NCBI GenBank assembly: GCA_963847165.1 | Contig: CAWJYY010000010.1 | Span: 40,634 to 104,633, forward strand | Direction: 5' to 3' | DNA from: an uncultured Pseudomonadota bacterium | Lineage (GTDB): Bacteria; Pseudomonadota; Alphaproteobacteria; Caulobacterales; Aquidulcibacteraceae | Length of the DNA stretch: 64,000 nucleotides | In this document: positions 56,471-64,000 of the stretch, one piece after another | How the letters are laid out: each line of letters starts with the position of its first letter | How positions within the stretch are numbered: the stretch's first letter is position 1 | Translations under genes and position numbers: made by a program | Notes under the pieces: generated by a model | Database searches by the model: none | Seen by the model: only the letters and a program-made list of their open reading frames with translations | Told to the model about the DNA's origin: nothing

Positions 56471-56907
56471 CAGAGAATGGCCTCCGACGCCGGCAGCAGC
56501 GAGACGCTAATTCGGACAATTGGCGTTTGCTTATCGCCGGGCAATTCACGCACGCCGTTAGCATCGGCCCAATATAGGGTGAGCCATAGCTCGCGCGCGG
56601 CGCGGTTCACATAAGTCTGCGCCAAGCGATCGAACATCTGGGCGTCCATCAACACGTCGCCGGAAATGTCCTCGCCATCGCGATCGATCTCGCCCATGCC
56701 GGGCGCATCGCCCGTCTCACGGCGATAAAACTCGAAGTGTCCCGCGCCGGGCAGTCGCTGGCGCGCGGAAAGGTCGACGCGGGCGCCGTGACAGGCCGAC
56801 ATCCATGCACGCGCCGCGCCGCCATAATCGATCATGCGCAAGGCGAGGCGCTCCAGCGGATAGGCGAGCGAGGCCGAAGCGACGCGCTCGGACACGGGCC
56901 CGCTCAC
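56470..56907 (-). CDS. Hypothetical protein (145 aa) between glyQ and glyS
   Basis: GTGA overlap with the glyQ stop and TGATG overlap with the glyS start. Confidence 0.6.
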   Translation of the reverse strand: MSGPVSERVASASLAYPLERLALRMIDYGGAARAWMSACHGARVDLSARQRLPGAGHFEFYRRETGDAPGMGEIDRDGEDISGDVLMDAQMFDRLAQTYVNRAARELWLTLYWADANGVRELPGDKQTPIVRISVSLLPASEAIL

Positions 56908-57784
56908 GACTGGCTCTCCGCCCAAGCGCTCGCACAGCCCTTCGCCAACTCCCGCACCCGGGCGATGAAGCTTTGCCGCTCTGTCGGCGACACCACGCCG
57001 CGCGCATCGAGCAAATTGAACAGATGCGACGCCTTCAGCGTGTAATCGAACGCCGGCAGCACCGCGCCCGCCTGCAAGCAGCCGCTTCGCCGTCGCCTCC
57101 GCATCGTTGAACCAGCGCAGATTCATCTCCGGCATCGCTCAGTTCGAAATTGAAGCGCGATTGCTGCTTCTCGTTTTCGAGGAAGATGTCGCCATAGGTC
57201 AGCGGAGTACGCGGCTTTGCGGATCGTTGAACGGCAGGTCGTAAACACGATCGACGCCGAACACATACATCGCCAGTCGCTCAAGCCCGTACGTCAGTTC
57301 GCCCGACACCGGGCGCACATCCAGGCCGCCGACTTGCTGGAAATACGTGTACTGCGCTCACCTCCATCCCATCGCACCACACTTCCCAGCCCAGACCCCA
57401 GGCGCCGACGGTGGGGTTTTCCCAATCGTCTTCGACGAAGCGGATGTCGTGCAGCAGCGGATCGATGCCGATGCGCACGAGCGATTGCAGATAGAGATCC
57501 TGCAGGTTCGGCGGGTTCGGCTTCAGGATGACCTGGAACTGATAATAGTGCTGCAGCCGGTTGGGGTTTTCGCCGTAGCGCCCATCCTTCGGCCGCCGCG
57601 ACGGCTGCACATACGCCGCGCGCCACGGCTTCGGCCCGAGCGCGCGCAGCGTGGTGGCCGGATGCAGGGTGCCGGCGCCGACTTCGCTGTCGTAGGGCTG
57701 CAGAATCGCGCAACCCTGCTCGGCCCAGTAAGTCTGGAGCGCCAGGATCACGTCCTGGAAGCAGCGCGGCTTTGTCTCGGCCAT
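56904..57784 (-). CDS. glyQ: Glycine-tRNA ligase alpha subunit (frameshifted)
   Basis: [39 protein letters not shown]. Confidence 0.96.
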
Positions 57785-57815
57785 TGCGGACGCCTAAAGG
57801 CGCCCGCGCCTGCAA

Positions 57816-58455
57816 TCAAGCGGCGCTCAGGTCCGCGCGCGCACCATCGGTCCAAACGCCGATAGGAAGGACGGAAAGCGCCATCGTGAGCGTCAGCACG
57901 TCCCAGGCGGTGATCGGCGGGATGAGCCCAAGGCGTTCGCCGCCGGCGTACGCCAATAACCCAGTCTGCCCGATGAAGTAGGCGCGCGCCCAAGCGCCGT
58001 TGCGCACGCGCTGACGCAGAAACGCGTCGCCACGCTGAAACATGTAATGGGTGTAGGCGAGCCGGATCGCCACCAACGCGCCGATCACCGCATAAGACCA
58101 GGTCGGCGTTGGATACCCCGCCAGCGTCGCCAGCGGCGGCCAAGCCAGCGTCAAGCCGAGCACGGCCATGAGCATCGCTTGCAGACGCACCTGGCCTGTT
58201 TCCTTGGCGGCGCCGGCGCCCTCGACGCCCATGCGTTTGCCGAGCGCCGCCGGATCGAACGATTCGGCCAGCAATCGCGCCGCACCGGCCCCACACATGA
58301 GCGCAACGACGATCGCGATCAGATCGGACCAACGCGGAAAACGTGCGCCGTTACGCGCAAGAGCAATCGCAGGCCCCCACCAACGCGACAAAAATGATCG
58401 CGCGCACAAAGGGCGCAACCGCCGTCTCGCGCGGCGCGTCAGACTGCGTGCTCAT
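57816..58455 (-). CDS. Hypothetical polytopic membrane protein (frameshift near the 5' end)
   Basis: Multiple TMs; ATGA overlap with the XRE gene. Confidence 0.55.
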
Positions 58456-58658
58456 GATCGAGCCTCCGCTTCATCCGAGAAAATCTGTTCGATGGGCATC
58501 GCAAATACGCGCGCGATCCTGAACGCCAGCGGCAAGGATGGATCGTACTTGCCGGTCTCGATCGCATTCACGCTCTGGCGAGAAACTTCGAGCTGGTCGG
58601 CCAGATCCGCTTGGCTCCAATTGCGCTCGGCGCGCAGAACCTTGAGCCGGTTCTTCAT
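58452..58658 (-). CDS. XRE/Cro HTH transcriptional regulator
   Basis: MKNRLKVLR..SQADLA..VSRQSVNAIETGKYDPSL. Confidence 0.93.
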   Translation of the reverse strand: MKNRLKVLRAERNWSQADLADQLEVSRQSVNAIETGKYDPSLPLAFRIARVFAMPIEQIFSDEAEARS

Positions 58659-59080
58659 TTGTAGCGCCGCCGCACATAATAGGTCCCCAAGCCCCAGGCG
58701 AAGATCAGCGCCGGAAAGATCCAAACCAGATCGATGCGCGGGAAGTGCGCCCATTCTTCAAGAAAGCTATAGGTGAAACTGCCGATGCCGACGACGCCGG
58801 CCGAGACCAGCCACGCTTCTGTTTGGATGCGGCGATGCAATTCGTCCATTGACCGCAGATAGGTCAGGTACGTACGCAGCATCATCAGCGCGGGAATGAC
58901 GGGCGTCAGCGCAACGATGATCACCGCCCATTGCGGTAGGTTGAACGGCGCGTGACGGATGAGCGTCACCGCGCCGAAGACGACCGCGATATAGATCACC
59001 GCCGCAATCGCCATGCTGCGCACGTAGGCGCGCGCCGCTTGTTTGGCCTTCGGGCCCAAATCGTCGGTTTCGCAGGTCAA
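58655..59080 (-). CDS. Four-TM hypothetical protein typical of XRE operons
   Basis: DELHRRIQ..A motif between TM pairs. Confidence 0.7.
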   Translation of the reverse strand: MTCETDDLGPKAKQAARAYVRSMAIAAVIYIAVVFGAVTLIRHAPFNLPQWAVIIVALTPVIPALMMLRTYLTYLRSMDELHRRIQTEAWLVSAGVVGIGSFTYSFLEEWAHFPRIDLVWIFPALIFAWGLGTYYVRRRYK

Positions 59081-59082
59081 TT

Positions 59083-59307
59083 TTAGAGCCTCACTTCCAA
59101 GGAGGCGCGCGCGTGCGCAAGATCAATGTCGAGCGCAACCGGGCGCATCTCGATCGCCACGCGGGTGACGCCGGCGCTCAGGGCGTGTTGCGGCGGCGAC
59201 GCCGCGTGCGCGCCTGAATGTTTTTCGGCGAACGCCGCCAACAGCATGGCCGCCGCAGCGATCAAGCCCATGACGATCCCGAGGCCATTTTCACCATTTC
59301 CACACAT
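59083..59307 (-). CDS. Small hypothetical protein with one TM
   Basis: RBS aggagg, hydrophobic N-terminus. Confidence 0.5.
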   Translation of the reverse strand: MCGNGENGLGIVMGLIAAAAMLLAAFAEKHSGAHAASPPQHALSAGVTRVAIEMRPVALDIDLAHARASLEVRL

Positions 59308-59338
59308 CGTACCCTCCTATCAAGTTACCAAGACTTGA

Positions 59339-59388
59339 TGACAAGGGTGTTTTACACGACCCCGCGTTAATGTCAAGTACCATATACA
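59339..59388. promoter_or_regulatory. Two 18-bp operator-like palindromes upstream of the XRE operon
   Basis: TGACAAGggtgTTTTACA (59339) and TGTCAAGtaccATATACA (59371). Confidence 0.55.
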
Positions 59389-59446
59389 AAAAGATTGGGA
59401 TCCTTGCAGATTGCCAGGGGAGCGGTTTGGGCCATGCTCGCGCGCC

Positions 59447-60038
59447 ATGGCGATTTGTGGGATCGACGAGGCGGGACGGGGCCCGCTGGCGGGGCCGGTG
59501 GTGGCCGCGGCGGTCATCCTGCCGCGCAAGGGTCGGCCCAAGGGGCTCGATGATTTCAAAGCAATTGAGCCTCGAGGCGCGCGAACAACTCGCCGCAAGC
59601 ATCCGCGCCGTCGGCATTGTCGCCGTCGGGCTGGCCAGCGTCGAAGAAATCGACGCCTTGAACATCTTGCGCGCTTCGCATCTGGCCATGCGCCGCGCCT
59701 TCGATGAGCTGGCGAAATTGCAAATGCCGGTCGCCGCAATCGTGGACGGCAACATGTCCCCAGAGCTGCCGTGTCCGGTCGAGTGCGTGGTCGACGGCGA
59801 TGTGATCGTGCCGATCGTCTCGGCCGCCTCGATCATCGCCAAGGTCGAACGCGACCGGATGATGACCGAACTCTGCGCGCAGTTTCCCGGCTACGCGTTC
59901 TCCAAGCACAAGGGCTATGCAACGCCCGAGCATCAGGAAGCGCTCGCGCGCCTCGGTCCCTGCGCCATTCATCGCCGCAGCTTCAAGCCGGTGCAAGATG
60001 CGCTGCAAGCGCAGCTTCAGTTGCGCGCGGCGAGCTGA
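59447..60038 (+). CDS. rnhB: Ribonuclease HII (frameshift near 59555)
   Basis: [37 protein letters not shown]. Confidence 0.95.
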
Positions 60039-61700
60039 ACCGCTCCAATCTGCAAGTCGACGCGCGCGCCATTGCCGATGTTGCGGGCGCGCACGTCTTC
60101 GCCCGACGGCGCAAAGGTCAGGTCGCGCGCGTTAAGCGCCGCAATAAGCGCAGCCAGCTCGCGATGTTCGACGATGATTGCGTCGCCCGGGTTTGCGTGC
60201 TGGCCCGCATCGGCGGCGGGCGCCAGATGCGCGTCGGTTCGCGTGGAGAATACGATGCTGGTTTCGCGATAGCCGACGACCCAGAGCGGGCGGCGCGCGA
60301 GCCCGGCGCGGTCCAGCGCCGCCACCGCCTGCGCCGTCGGCTGCACGCCATGCGCTAGCGGCAGCAGAATTTGGCGCACGCTGAAGGCAAGCAGCAAAGC
60401 GCCGATGACGCCCGCCGCGACGCGGGGCCACGGCCGCTCCACCAAGGCGAAGACCAAAAGCATCGCCCCAACTGTCAGCGCCGCGACAACGCCCATCGCC
60501 GTCACCAACGCTTGCGCCCCGGCGTCCACCAAAGGCGCGGTTTGCGTAATCAGCGCAATCAGGGCGACGCCGGCGAGCGCGGCGAGGGCGACGCCGATCC
60601 ATTTCGTCACGCGCCAGCGGCCGTCGAGCGCTTGAGCCAGGCCCGCCCCGCACAGCAACGCCAGCGCAGGATAAAGCGGCAGCGTATAGTGCGGCAGCTT
60701 GGTCGGCGTGAGTTCGAACATCACAAAGCTCGGGGCCGCCCACGCAATCAGAAACCGCAAGCCTCGCAGTGTCTCCTCCGCACGCGGCGCGCGCAGGGTT
60801 TTCCAGCCCAGCCGCACCGCAAACGGCAGCGCAAACGTCGCCGGAAAAATCAGCAGCGCCAACAAAAGCAGGTGATAGCCCGGCGGCCCCGAATGCCCTT
60901 CCGAACCGCCGCTCACCTTGGCGCCGAGATCGTGGCCAATGGCTTCGGCGAAGAAGCGTCCGTTGGTCGCTTGATAAATCGCCAGCATCCAGGGGAGCAC
61001 GATCACCAGCATCAGCAGCGGTCCCGGCCACCAAAGCAGCGGCTTCATCCAGCGCCAGCGGCGCTCCCAAAGCCCAAGCGGGGCGAGCGTCAGCGCCACG
61101 ATCAGCGGCGCAATCGGGCCTTTGATCAGAATCGCCGCCCCGAGCGCGGCCCAGAACGTCAAGGCCAAGGCGCGTGGCCGCTCCGCGCCGAGGCGCAAGT
61201 GCGCAGCCGCCGCGAGCGCCAAAGTGGTGAAGCCGCACAGCGCCGCGTCGGTCTTGGCGGTCATGCCTTCGACGCCAAGCAGCAGCCCCGAGGCGAACAG
61301 CGCCGCGCCCCAAAACGCCGCGCGCGCGCCAATCAGGCGCGCCGCCCGCCCACAATGTCGCCAGCGCCGCCATCAGCGCGCCAAGCGCCGAGGGGACGCG
61401 ATAGGGCCAAATCTCGTTCAGCCGATGGGTGATCGGCTCGAACGCCTGCACCGACGCTGCTTGCAGCCAATGAATGCCGACCGGCTTCTTGCTGCGCTCT
61501 TCGTCCTGGATGCGGATGCGGACGTAATCGCCGCTCTCGACCATTTGCCGGCTCGCCTGCGCGAAGCGCGCCTCGTCGCGATCCATCACCGGCGCTGCGC
61601 CCGCGCCAAACAGCGCAGAGGCGAGCGCAATCAGCGCGATCAGCGCATAGCCCCGCCAAGACTGGGCGAAACGGTCGAACGGCTCGGCGTCAGCGTGCAT
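60017..61700 (-). CDS. ArnT-family glycosyltransferase (frameshift near 61345)
   Basis: DRDEARFAQA, KKPVGIHW, KGP, TKLPHY. Confidence 0.9.
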
Positions 61701-61750
61701 AGCGCCGGATGTGATAACGGCGCGGCGGGCGGCTGTCTTGCGCAGATGAA

Positions 61751-63650
<1,900 letters not shown>

Positions 63651-64000
63651 CCGCTTCCGGAGCGCGCCTTAAAAATCAGCAATCCGCAACTGGACGCCGC
63701 ATTCGGCGCGGCGCGGCGGTTGCGGTTTCGCTATAGTTCCACAATCGGGGCGGAGATGCGGTTCTAGAGGCGGACACATGCGCTATTGGCGCTCGGCGTT
63801 CCAAGTTCATCCCATTGGCGCTGATCGGCGCTTGGGCGGTGATATGCATCGGCTCATTCGTCTGGATCGCCCTGCAATAGCAGGCTTGTTCAAGCCGGCT
63901 TCGAAAACACCGCGCCGATAATCTCGCCTTCGCGCGCATACAGGGCGAGCGCGCGCCGCAGAAATTTCCGGCGCCGCTGCAAGCGCGCAAGCGGCGATGA

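Overview
High-GC alphaproteobacterial chromosome segment, most likely Caulobacterales/Hyphomonadaceae-like (inferred from ccrM, the rpmH-rnpA-yidC-engB-argB order and glyQ-glyS-ppdK). It has two halves. Left, 1-28,660: an accessory region ending in an IS481 element 10 bp from the 3' end of tRNA-Arg(ACG). It carries a fermentation/hypoxia module (USP, Zn-ADH, ackA, MaoC-Pta, decayed phosphoketolase), a TetR/TonB-receptor/acyl-CoA ligase/hydrolase cassette, three small c-type cytochromes, two paralogous NAD(P)H oxidoreductases, several gene remnants, a Ro60/TROVE pseudogene bracketed by a 161-bp inverted duplication, and eight FNR/FixK-type boxes. Right, 28,670-64,000: housekeeping backbone. From about 37.4 kb many essential genes are frameshifted, which indicates long-read indel errors rather than real decay. 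No CRISPR, rRNA, integrase or phage genes were seen. All calls come from reading the sequence by eye; no searches were run, and coordinates of frameshifted genes are approximate.
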